A DNA stretch of 64,000 nucleotides from a virus. Lineage: Duplodnaviria; Caudoviricetes. Of this stretch, positions 16,466 to 25,814 are shown piece by piece. A program made the position numbers and the translations under genes. The notes under the pieces were generated by a model. It saw only the letters and a program-made list of their open reading frames with translations. It made no database searches and was not told the origin of the DNA. Positions within the stretch are counted from its first letter, which is position 1. Every line of letters starts with the position of its first letter. The DNA lies in the IMG/VR virus record IMGVR_UViG_3300009687_000008, positions 9,144-73,143 of that record. One strand, 5' to 3'.

Positions 16466-17200
16466 ATGGAATACAAGAAAATAATTAAGAATATGTTGAT
16501 GGAGGATAACGATTTTTACAGTTATTACCAAGAGGGGTATAATACTTATACTTATAGTCCTTATACTAAACTTCGTTCTAAACATCTAACAAATCCTAAG
16601 TATATGGAGATTGTTGAAAAAAACGTTACAAGTGGTAAGAATTTAGTAATTCACCCAGATGATAGAACTACAGATTTTCTTGACCCTTCTTACGCTGACC
16701 TTGACGCAAGAGTTATGACAACTCAAAAAGAAATGTTTAATCTTAGAGAAAACATGAGACAATATGATAGAATTATCATGATGGGTCACGGTTCACCTAT
16801 GGGTTTAATGATGCCTAAAATTACTTTAAATGGTGTTGATTTAATCGACGGTGAGTTACACAAATATAGTCTACACAGTCTTAACAGTAGTTTTGTTGAT
16901 ATCCTAAAAACAAAACCTATTGTCGCTGTTTGGTGTAATGCCGACCAATTTGTTCTTAAACATGATTTACATGGTTTCTACACAGGAATGGTAATCTCTG
17001 AAATGTGTGAGGCTAACTACTGTAACGTTCACAAATGTAACACGAAGGATTTGGAAGAATCGAATAGATTATTTACTGAAGCTTTAAGAGCGGCAATAAA
17101 AATTCAATCACCAGAAGCGGTTAAAGTATTTAAAGAAATTTACAATAATCCTAAGAATGAAATTATGAATTATAATAGACAAAGAATCTATTATAGATAA
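16466..17200 (+). CDS. Hypothetical protein with possible clan-CD (caspase/gingipain/CHAT-like) His-Cys dyad
   Basis: IIMMGHGSP and IVAVWCNAD. The likely start is the ATG at 16466, preceded by ATATTTAT. Confidence 0.45.
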   Translation: MEYKKIIKNMLMEDNDFYSYYQEGYNTYTYSPYTKLRSKHLTNPKYMEIVEKNVTSGKNLVIHPDDRTTDFLDPSYADLDARVMTTQKEMFNLRENMRQYDRIIMMGHGSPMGLMMPKITLNGVDLIDGELHKYSLHSLNSSFVDILKTKPIVAVWCNADQFVLKHDLHGFYTGMVISEMCEANYCNVHKCNTKDLEESNRLFTEALRAAIKIQSPEAVKVFKEIYNNPKNEIMNYNRQRIYYR

Positions 17201-17228
17201 AAAAAAAGGGACTTAAGTCCCTTTTTTT
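17201..17228. terminator. Bidirectional intrinsic terminator
   Basis: Perfect inverted repeat AAAAAAAGGGACTTAAGTCCCTTTTTTT between convergent genes. Confidence 0.85.
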
Positions 17229-17844
17229 ATTTCCAATAACCTTCTTTTCTCATAAACCCTAGAACGGCTGTATAAGCATCCGTCATATCGAAATTCTCTT
17301 TCTTAAGGATATTATGTTTGTTATATTCCCAAACAATTTGTGGTTCACGGTCTGCAACTAAATCCCAAATAATTTGTTTCTTATCAACATCCCAAGGGTG
17401 TCCGCCAAATAAAACAGGTTTCTTCTTACTTAATTCTTTTTCATTGTAAGGTACGCCCTTTTTATCGTGAGTTCTAATTGCCATTAATTGTGGGAAAGCA
17501 TAAGCACGAGAATCATATGAAGATATGAATTCTGGTGTTACACCTAAAACCTCACTAACGATTTTTGAAATCATCCCGTTGAATTTAAGAAGTGTTCCAA
17601 CGGTATAAACATTATTACTATTGAGTAGTGGTTCTTCAATTACAACTTTCTCAATATCGAGTTCGATGTATCTTGTTAAAAGCTTCTCAAATGCATCAAC
17701 TTTCTTAAAAAGTTCTTCCAATTTGTTCTCAGGTAATGGTTTAATTTTTGGTGTAATATGTGTTAACTCCAATAATTTACCATCTTCTTCAAACAGTGCC
17801 ATACCAATTGTTTTGGTGGACACATCTAAGCCTAAAATTCTCAT
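17227..17844 (-). CDS. ruvC: RuvC-like Holliday junction resolvase
   Basis: ILGLDVSTKTIG, VIEEP and DMTDA RNase H-fold catalytic motifs. Confidence 0.8.
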   Translation of the reverse strand: MRILGLDVSTKTIGMALFEEDGKLLELTHITPKIKPLPENKLEELFKKVDAFEKLLTRYIELDIEKVVIEEPLLNSNNVYTVGTLLKFNGMISKIVSEVLGVTPEFISSYDSRAYAFPQLMAIRTHDKKGVPYNEKELSKKKPVLFGGHPWDVDKKQIIWDLVADREPQIVWEYNKHNILKKENFDMTDAYTAVLGFMRKEGYWK

Positions 17845-17868
17845 TTAAAAACATTAATTTAATTATTA

Positions 17869-19071
17869 TTATATAGTAAAACCAGGGTCTATTCTACCTC
17901 TAAGGTCTAAACCATTTTCATTAATTCCACTATCAAGTGGTAACATAAACTCTAATGGTTGTACATTACCCATTACTAAAGCCTCATCAAGTTGTGCTAT
18001 CGCAACAACACTACCGTCAGAAGCGTGAAGACAAATTTTATCAACTGCTAAATCACAACCATCGTTTTGTCCTATATATGATGGGTTGGATGTTGCATTA
18101 GGTTCATCTGAAGGGATTGTAAGATTGATTTTAAGTTGTGTACTATAATCGATATCACTTGTTACAACAAATGTGGTTCCTGAATTAGTTGGTGTTGCTC
18201 CTGTGTAGAAACTACCACTAAAAGTGGTTAAATCTAACGCGTTCACAATTTCTGGGGAGAATAAAACACCCACACCCTTATCTATATAGTAGAGTCCAAC
18301 AACTCTATCATAACCATATGATGTATTCCATCTTGTTGGGTTTGTTTGACCAGCTCTAAAGCCAGCTAATTGTCCATTAAATCTACCATATCTATTTGTC
18401 TCACCATAACCAGTAGACCAAGAAACACTAGTTCCTGTAGAACCAGTGAATGTGTAATAAACACTATCGCTAAATAACGGTACTACTTTGGATTGGAAGT
18501 ATGGATAATCTGTATCTGCCGGATTTGGGTTTGATCCCTCAACATAGGAGTAACCAATACCATAGGTTTCGAATATTCTACTTGGTTCACTTGTAACCAT
18601 ATCAATCTTAGCGCCAGAACATAAACTACTTGTATCTTTACCTAAACAACCTTCAGTGTAAAAGAAACTACTGTAAAGTGTAGTTGCTGTTAAACCTGAA
18701 GTCATACCTGTATAAGCTGAATTTAATGGGATATTAATCGCTAAATTATAACCATTTGTTTCAACTCTATATTGTTCTTGATTAATACTAAAAACGTAAG
18801 CCCCATAAGTACCAAAAGCACTTACTAAATCAGCTAAACTAGTATCCAAAACCCCACCATAAGCATATGGTTGGTTCAACATATTCAAACTAGATTGGTC
18901 GTACATTCCCATTAATGACATCCATAAATGGTTAGTTGATTCAGTTTTATAAGTAGGACTAGTTACTGGATCTAAGTAATACCATTTCCATTCAGTTGGG
19001 TGGATAGCAACGGTATATAAATCTGAAATATCTTTTACTGTTGCAATACTTGTTTTATCTATTTTATACAT
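17869..19071 (-). CDS. Virion/baseplate-associated protein
   Basis: G/S/T/Y-rich. The C-terminus DKICLH...VVAIAQL parallels the C-terminus of 20672..22771. Confidence 0.6.
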   Translation of the reverse strand: MYKIDKTSIATVKDISDLYTVAIHPTEWKWYYLDPVTSPTYKTESTNHLWMSLMGMYDQSSLNMLNQPYAYGGVLDTSLADLVSAFGTYGAYVFSINQEQYRVETNGYNLAINIPLNSAYTGMTSGLTATTLYSSFFYTEGCLGKDTSSLCSGAKIDMVTSEPSRIFETYGIGYSYVEGSNPNPADTDYPYFQSKVVPLFSDSVYYTFTGSTGTSVSWSTGYGETNRYGRFNGQLAGFRAGQTNPTRWNTSYGYDRVVGLYYIDKGVGVLFSPEIVNALDLTTFSGSFYTGATPTNSGTTFVVTSDIDYSTQLKINLTIPSDEPNATSNPSYIGQNDGCDLAVDKICLHASDGSVVAIAQLDEALVMGNVQPLEFMLPLDSGINENGLDLRGRIDPGFTI

Positions 19072-19072
19072 T

Positions 19073-19300
19073 TTATAATGTTGTTAATTTCGCATTATTT
19101 TCATCACCCACCGCAAATAAATTATTCATTTCAGCTCCAGGTATTTGGACATTTACTGTTGGTGCCTCTTTATTTGTTTTTGAAATAAAAACTCTACTTT
19201 GTGATGAAAGTAAAAAGTTCTTGTCAGTTATTGTTCCTGAATATTCATTATCAGGGTATCTATAAGTTAATAAGTAACTTGGTATGATTGATTTTGCCAT
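19073..19300 (-). CDS. Hypothetical virion protein
   Basis: 75 aa ORF in the structural operon. Confidence 0.5.
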   Translation of the reverse strand: MAKSIIPSYLLTYRYPDNEYSGTITDKNFLLSSQSRVFISKTNKEAPTVNVQIPGAEMNNLFAVGDENNAKLTTL

Positions 19301-20439
19301 TACACTAATTCTATAATTTCACCTTCTGATGATGGTACTAAAGAATCCGTAGGATCTAAAATAAAATTAATCACCAGTTTATTACCATAAATTTTGTTTA
19401 AATTATTTATAGTTCTATTTTCTAACGTCATATCAAAATTTAAAGGTACTTGATATTTTCCATCAACTAACTGACCGTTAGATTTGAAATAAAGATATAA
19501 TCTATCTGTTAAACCTTTTAATGCTGATTGACCGTTAGTATTGAAGAAATTCATAAAATACCCTATTTGGTCCTTAGATTTGGTATTGTATAATAATTTA
19601 TTACTTCTTAAGTCATAAATCGTACCACCAATACTCATTGCCGGGTAAATCCAATCATAATAATCAGTTTTAGATTCAACTTCTTCAAAATTAGTTACAA
19701 AACCAAAATTAGTATTATAACCCCAATAATCAGGTTGTAAACTAATTCTTAAATTAGTACCATCGATTTGTTTACCACCAACTAAAGCTGATGTCGCACC
19801 AAGCCTAAGGGGTGACCAAAATCTAGTTGATCCAAAACCTTCATAAAGATATTTTTCACCACCCTTATCAACTCTCATAAATAAAGGGTTTATAGAACGA
19901 TATCTATTGATATCTTCTTTTGATGAGAAAACATAACTAATTTTAAAATCGGTAGTATTACTAATATCGTCAAAAGTACCTGTTGTAAAATTCTTTTCTC
20001 TAACCGTAAGACTTATATAGTCAAATATATCCATCGTTACTTTTTCTGTCATATCGAAAGAATACCCGTTAGTAAGAGCGTGGTTAAGATAATTAATCCA
20101 TCTCATAACATGGAAGTTCACAGTTAAGTTAGGGTCTTTAAATTCGTCAGCACAATCTTCTTTATTAAAGAAAACAATCCCATTTTGAATTAAATCTTGA
20201 ATTTCTTGTGTGGTAGGATTTGTCATCATACCTTGATAACCAGCTTTTGAACAATATGCGGCTGTTTTAGGTGTTAAAGCATCTAACCCAGCTATCGATG
20301 GGATAATTGTTTGGTCACCTGTTACAGCATAATTTCTTCCAGAATCTCCTAAAGAAAAATACTGAATAGTATCTAACCAACCTTTCTTACCTAAAAGTTC
20401 AGCTCCATATTTTGTTGTATACAGTGTAATATTAGCCAT
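19300..20439 (-). CDS. Virion/baseplate-associated protein
   Basis: N-terminal TKYGAELL...YFSLGDS module shared with its neighbours. Confidence 0.6.
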   Translation of the reverse strand: MANITLYTTKYGAELLGKKGWLDTIQYFSLGDSGRNYAVTGDQTIIPSIAGLDALTPKTAAYCSKAGYQGMMTNPTTQEIQDLIQNGIVFFNKEDCADEFKDPNLTVNFHVMRWINYLNHALTNGYSFDMTEKVTMDIFDYISLTVREKNFTTGTFDDISNTTDFKISYVFSSKEDINRYRSINPLFMRVDKGGEKYLYEGFGSTRFWSPLRLGATSALVGGKQIDGTNLRISLQPDYWGYNTNFGFVTNFEEVESKTDYYDWIYPAMSIGGTIYDLRSNKLLYNTKSKDQIGYFMNFFNTNGQSALKGLTDRLYLYFKSNGQLVDGKYQVPLNFDMTLENRTINNLNKIYGNKLVINFILDPTDSLVPSSEGEIIELV

Positions 20440-20669
20440 TATTTAGTTGTTATTTCATATCTATTATTTATTAAATCTACTTTTGACTTCTCAGAACCAT
20501 TTATATCTGGCATGAAATCAGGTGGAACATCTAAACTATAAATAAAGTTATCATTCCATAGACTATAATAAAATATTTCATTTACTAAACCCTTTGTCAT
20601 TAATAATTTCTTACCTTCTTTAGTGAGGACAAAATTAAGTGAGTTTGGGTTGCCATTTATAAAAGCCAT
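20439..20669 (-). CDS. Small virion protein (stand-alone LTxxGxxLL module)
   Basis: VLTKEGKKLL...FYYSLWND. Confidence 0.55.
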   Translation of the reverse strand: MAFINGNPNSLNFVLTKEGKKLLMTKGLVNEIFYYSLWNDNFIYSLDVPPDFMPDINGSEKSKVDLINNRYEITTK

Positions 20670-20671
20670 AA

Positions 20672-22771
20672 TTATAAATCAAAAGCTATTTCAATTAATA
20701 TGGTAGCGTTTGTTATTTTTTCAATAGGTAGATTTGTTTTACCAACCGCAACTAAAGGTCTATTACCTAATTGTGTTGGTGAACCGTATACATGAATTTC
20801 ATCGATGTGAACTTTTTGTCCAGATGAGGCCCATGTTGGGTTTGTCGACCAATTGAACATTGTTGGTGGAATTGCAAATACGAATTTTGTTCTATACTTG
20901 TTTGTAACACCAGTTGCTTCAACGTTACCATATAAAAATCTTTCATCACCAAATTGTAGATAATTTGATTCAGCTATCTGTGGTATCTTAATGAAATTAC
21001 TCAAATCATAAGTTGTACCTGATAGATAGTCAGTGTTAGTTATCTCAAATTCAGACACCACTAAATTATTTGGATCTATTCTTGTACCAAGTGTATGTCC
21101 AACAATGTCAGAAGTGTAGTCCATCAATTTCCATTGAGTTGGATCTGGGTAAGTACCTAAAGGTTGTTTTTGAGCTAAGATATAGAATTTATCTGCGTAC
21201 CAACCAGTACCACCACTAACTTTCATGTATGGGAATTCGTTTGGTAATGTAACCTTAATTGTTTTACTATCAATTGGGTTGCAGTCACAGTCTTCTGTTT
21301 CTGTTGTTACACAAACAATATTTTGACAGTGTAAACCACTTGTATACCCTGAAGTACTTTCTAACATGTATGTTATATATACAACTTCAGTTCCATCAAC
21401 AATACCGTCAATTAAACTTCCTAATTGTGTATTAGCTGTTGGAAGTGTCCAATTTCTATTTGATTTATATGAAAGTGCTGCCACAAGTTCTTGGTTATCT
21501 AAACTAAACATATGAAGTTCAGGATAAATTCGACCAACTTTATTACTATATTTGTCTACTAAGTCATAGTAATAAACATTTTTCTCCATTGAATTTGGTT
21601 GTGGAGCTGGATAAATTGTGTTACCAGATAATGTAACATATTGCATACTACCTGAACCACTAAATACTTGTCCTATTGTTGTTGCACTATATTCTTTATG
21701 CCACATTAAAGTAGGTAAGATTAATTTAGGTGAATCAGGAATGGTAGTGTCAATATAGAATTTCTGACCATATTTTTGTTCACTTTGGTTATCACAAGTT
21801 TCTTTGTTAGTATAATGAATAAGACTAACAGAAGGTACTATATTACAAGCCGTATTAGCCGTATATAGATAACCTATCTCAGATGTATAACCAAAATATT
21901 CTTTTGTGCCTATATAAGTTTCTGAACCGTAGTCGTCGAAAGTTTCATGTGTTGAAGGGTTAACTCCTGGAATTGGGTATGACCAAACATTGTTCATGTT
22001 CCATACACAACCACCACTAAAGAACCCACCATCACTAAATAAAGTGTCTTTCGTAGTTCCTGTTCCTAATGGATAGAAAATTACTTGTGCTTCATTTGCT
22101 CCAACATAAGATGGGAAACTAGCAAAATTTCTATCTATAGTAATTTGTAAATCGTTAGATGCTAAAGTAGTACCGCTTACAATATCTTGTACTTGAAACC
22201 ATAGATAAGGTACTGGAACTGTTAAATCTACAACATTAGGTGCCTGTGTTAATGACAATTCATCATTACTCATCTTAACCATTAATAGGTCACCGATTTT
22301 AGGTTCATAAGTATTTGAACCATAAGTACCTGATTGTCTAATAGGAATAGAAGTACCACCTGTTAAACCAGCTAAAGGAATAACCGCATCAGGTTGTAAT
22401 ACATGACAAACAGTATCAGTATAGGCTGTGTACTCAATAGTTGCACCTGAACCATATTCAAAGAAACCAAGTCTTGGTGATTGAATTAAGGTCTGTAAAA
22501 TTACAGGGGGTTGACTAGGCATACTAACATAAGTGTTAGTTGCATTTGCAGTAGGTAATATTGGTGTTTTAATATCAGGATTTTCAGCCTTAGCTCTTAT
22601 AATATTTTCCAATGTAATATCATATGTCGGACCTAAGGTGGTGTAATCAATATTTGAATCACCTAACCTAAATGTGTCAAAGTTAAGTAGACCTAAAGAA
22701 AGTAGTAATCTACCCTCATTTGTAAGTCTAGCACTTATTACTGTATTGCTGTTTTTATCTATATAACTCAC
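20672..22771 (-). CDS. Tail-fibre/baseplate attachment-like protein
   Basis: GTG start. N-terminus RLTNEGRLLL...FRLGDSNIDY; C-terminus IDEIHVY...LVAVGK..LPIEK. Confidence 0.6.
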   Translation of the reverse strand: MSYIDKNSNTVISARLTNEGRLLLSLGLLNFDTFRLGDSNIDYTTLGPTYDITLENIIRAKAENPDIKTPILPTANATNTYVSMPSQPPVILQTLIQSPRLGFFEYGSGATIEYTAYTDTVCHVLQPDAVIPLAGLTGGTSIPIRQSGTYGSNTYEPKIGDLLMVKMSNDELSLTQAPNVVDLTVPVPYLWFQVQDIVSGTTLASNDLQITIDRNFASFPSYVGANEAQVIFYPLGTGTTKDTLFSDGGFFSGGCVWNMNNVWSYPIPGVNPSTHETFDDYGSETYIGTKEYFGYTSEIGYLYTANTACNIVPSVSLIHYTNKETCDNQSEQKYGQKFYIDTTIPDSPKLILPTLMWHKEYSATTIGQVFSGSGSMQYVTLSGNTIYPAPQPNSMEKNVYYYDLVDKYSNKVGRIYPELHMFSLDNQELVAALSYKSNRNWTLPTANTQLGSLIDGIVDGTEVVYITYMLESTSGYTSGLHCQNIVCVTTETEDCDCNPIDSKTIKVTLPNEFPYMKVSGGTGWYADKFYILAQKQPLGTYPDPTQWKLMDYTSDIVGHTLGTRIDPNNLVVSEFEITNTDYLSGTTYDLSNFIKIPQIAESNYLQFGDERFLYGNVEATGVTNKYRTKFVFAIPPTMFNWSTNPTWASSGQKVHIDEIHVYGSPTQLGNRPLVAVGKTNLPIEKITNATILIEIAFDL

Positions 22772-22785
22772 TTTCTACTTTTTTT

Positions 22786-22795
22786 TATAAATATC
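22786..22795 (-). promoter_or_regulatory. Recurrent upstream motif GATATTTATA
   Basis: Located 14 nt upstream of the GTG at 22771. Confidence 0.55.
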
Positions 22796-22814
22796 GTTAT
22801 ATTATCTTTTTATA

Positions 22815-25814
22815 TTATTTTTCAAAGAAGAAGTCCTTCTTTAATTTAGTTAATGCTGTTTTACCAGGGATGATACCAAAATAGTAATATGGTATATTTG
22901 ACCTAGTATTTGGGTTGTTTCTGTTGTTTCTATCATTATATCTATCCCAACCATCATTATCAGCCTCATTGAGGTCTGGACTTGTTGGTGTGATGGGTGA
23001 AACACCTCTAGTCCAATTATCGTTAGGTTTACCAACACAATTTGATGGGTTACCTCCACAAGGACTAAATCTACTAGCCACATCCTTATCAACCACAAAC
23101 CCACCGTAATTATTAGGATCGTTAACTAAATCACCGTAAGGGTTAGAAACTCCAGGTGGATTAAATTCATCTTGTGTTGGCGGTGGTGTATCTGATAATT
23201 GAATGTCTGTGTAAATTTTAGATACTTCTTTCATAAAGAAATACGGATTGTCTTGTAACTCAAACTCGTGACATCCTCCTGGTCCCCAAAATAATTCTCT
23301 GAAACTACAAGGTGGGTTAGTTTGTGTTTTTGCTAAATAAAGTAGAACTTCTCTTGGATCTTCATATGAACTTTCCTTTAAGAAATTCACCCAATAATTA
23401 GTATCCCAACCATCTTCAAAGAAAGTACCCGTAAAGAATGTTGCTGATTGTGTATACTCACTTAATGCCTGACTAGCTTGAATTGAGGTTTCGATTTGTT
23501 CTAAAGTCTCTTGACACATTTCAATCCTACCTAATGACACAATTTTAGTTGATAACAATGCGTTACAATATATAATATCACCTATATCGGTAGCACCAGT
23601 TTCTTTTGATGTTGTTGCGCTATTGTGCCAAACTTCATGATAGTTACCAACACCAACATAAGGATGACCCTTTGTTGTATTAGGGCCTCTCAATAAACAT
23701 CTTGCGCATTGGTCACCACCATCGGTATCAATACAACATTTATTACTCTTATAGTTATCACCTCTTAAATGGTCGGCTCCTGGTCCACAGAATTTCTCTT
23801 TTCCATTTCTATTTTTCTTATACTTAAATTGGAATAAGTATGCTGTTCCAAATACCCAAGCATCGTTAAACACTCTTCTAATAACATTTCTATTTTCAGC
23901 TGCGTTTAATTTAACACAACATTTCCAATCTAAAAGAGCTTGTAAACATGGGTTATTTCCTAAATTAGTGCCAGTAACGTCTAAATTTACACAGGTATCA
24001 CATCCTGAACATGGATTTCCTTGACAACTACAGCCTAAAGTACTTCCACCACAACTTGCTGGGTTACAACTTGCCCAAGTACCACCACTTGGTGGGATAT
24101 CATATCCCTCACCGTTTGGTGCGTTCTCACAAGGTAGTTGGAACTGAGGGATTAACCCTCCTAACCAAGCAAATGGACATATTTGATAACAGAAATCTAC
24201 TAAAGTGAAATCAATGGTAAAACCTAAACTTATCTTAACCAAGGTGGGGCCATCCCAACTCCAATAAAACCTTATCTTAACACAGAATTTTATACATAGA
24301 CTTACTAATATTATTAGAAGTTTCAGTATAAAAGATATTTTATCTATAATAAAAGCAATAATGTAGTATATAATATCAAACTTCCATATTGCATTAGTGA
24401 AAGGGAATAAGTTAGTTTCAGCACTAACATCAGTATTTTTAATACCTATATGACTAAACCTGTTAGCCCCCTTTTTATATTTTTTAATATAATGAGCAAT
24501 AGTATAAAGTTGTTTCCACTCAAATAAATGGAAATCTAATTCTGGATTTCTATATGCATTAATATCATCAGTAAATCTTTGGTCTTCCGTACCACCAGGT
24601 GTACTACCATTAACAGACCCTAAAGTTCCACCAAAATCTCTACCCAAACTCGGGAAAAATATGTGTGCAGTTCTAAATTTAGGGTTCTCATTAGGTTCAA
24701 CAAAGTTCATCTTAAACCTATATAAACCTTTAGTCGCTATACCCACAGAAGGGTCAGCTGAAGGAACTAAATTACCAAACTCATCGGTAATTACATGACC
24801 AAGATTCATTGGTACCGCATAAGCAAACGTACCATTCTCATCAATTAAATCACCACCATTAACTGTAAAATTTTCTAATTCAGTAGGTACTATCTTATCG
24901 TTATTAACCCACTCTAATAAGTCATAATCTGAGGCCCTTATCATTTCGATACGACCAACACCAGTTCTTAACTCATCCTCTTCACCCATATCATTTCTTG
25001 GGTTACATCCTTTATTTAAGTTCATCTTACCTGAGTCAGTAAAGATAGAACCAAAGAATAAAGCGTTAGGTTTAATCTCTAAACCAGTATCAAAATCAGC
25101 TCTTGTAATACCAATTTCACAGGTTTCTGAATCACCCCAAAATGGTATTACTTCAACACCCCTATTACCTGTTTTAATTTGAGGTAATGAGTCTAGATTT
25201 GTTGAGGATTTAAATTCAACTCTCGATTTGAAGAGTTTTTCAGGGTAACCTTCTTCGATTAAATCGTAAGGTCTAACACTTGCTGTTCCAATATCACTCA
25301 TATCTAAATCCATATGAATCGTATATTGTCCAACAGGGACTCCAAATATCATGAAATCTCCCGCATTGTTGGTTTTAGTTGTGTATTTGTAATATTTTTC
25401 AAAGACTTCCAACACTATATCATTATCTAAAACCTCCTCTTTAGTTGGGAATGTACCAACTGGAGTGTTTAGTTGACATGTTGATTTAGAAAGTAAAAGA
25501 TTATATCTAATACCATCCTTATTTTTTTGAAAAGGTGTCTTAAATGGGTAAAGGTCCTTGATTAATTCATTTTTTTGGTCTTCATTTGTAATAGGAATAA
25601 AGATTGATACCTTTGCATTAGGCAAACCAAATCCTTTGTTTGCAATTACACGACCAACAACAACACCGTAATTGGCACAAAATGGTTGGTACAAGTCTTC
25701 CTGACTAATTTTGAGACTTAATATCTCAAGAAAGTCAAAGTCTTGATCTAATTTGAACCTAATATTTTTACTACTACCAGGTGTAGTTCTTATTCGTATT
25801 GATTGATTAGACAT
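22815..25814 (-). CDS. Large virion protein with carboxypeptidase-regulatory/Ig-like N-terminal domain and Cys-rich region
   Basis: GVVVGRV...LPNAKVSI...TTKTNNAGDFMIFGVPVGQYTI, a hydrophobic stretch, and many Cys. Confidence 0.65.
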   Translation of the reverse strand: MSNQSIRIRTTPGSSKNIRFKLDQDFDFLEILSLKISQEDLYQPFCANYGVVVGRVIANKGFGLPNAKVSIFIPITNEDQKNELIKDLYPFKTPFQKNKDGIRYNLLLSKSTCQLNTPVGTFPTKEEVLDNDIVLEVFEKYYKYTTKTNNAGDFMIFGVPVGQYTIHMDLDMSDIGTASVRPYDLIEEGYPEKLFKSRVEFKSSTNLDSLPQIKTGNRGVEVIPFWGDSETCEIGITRADFDTGLEIKPNALFFGSIFTDSGKMNLNKGCNPRNDMGEEDELRTGVGRIEMIRASDYDLLEWVNNDKIVPTELENFTVNGGDLIDENGTFAYAVPMNLGHVITDEFGNLVPSADPSVGIATKGLYRFKMNFVEPNENPKFRTAHIFFPSLGRDFGGTLGSVNGSTPGGTEDQRFTDDINAYRNPELDFHLFEWKQLYTIAHYIKKYKKGANRFSHIGIKNTDVSAETNLFPFTNAIWKFDIIYYIIAFIIDKISFILKLLIILVSLCIKFCVKIRFYWSWDGPTLVKISLGFTIDFTLVDFCYQICPFAWLGGLIPQFQLPCENAPNGEGYDIPPSGGTWASCNPASCGGSTLGCSCQGNPCSGCDTCVNLDVTGTNLGNNPCLQALLDWKCCVKLNAAENRNVIRRVFNDAWVFGTAYLFQFKYKKNRNGKEKFCGPGADHLRGDNYKSNKCCIDTDGGDQCARCLLRGPNTTKGHPYVGVGNYHEVWHNSATTSKETGATDIGDIIYCNALLSTKIVSLGRIEMCQETLEQIETSIQASQALSEYTQSATFFTGTFFEDGWDTNYWVNFLKESSYEDPREVLLYLAKTQTNPPCSFRELFWGPGGCHEFELQDNPYFFMKEVSKIYTDIQLSDTPPPTQDEFNPPGVSNPYGDLVNDPNNYGGFVVDKDVASRFSPCGGNPSNCVGKPNDNWTRGVSPITPTSPDLNEADNDGWDRYNDRNNRNNPNTRSNIPYYYFGIIPGKTALTKLKKDFFFEK

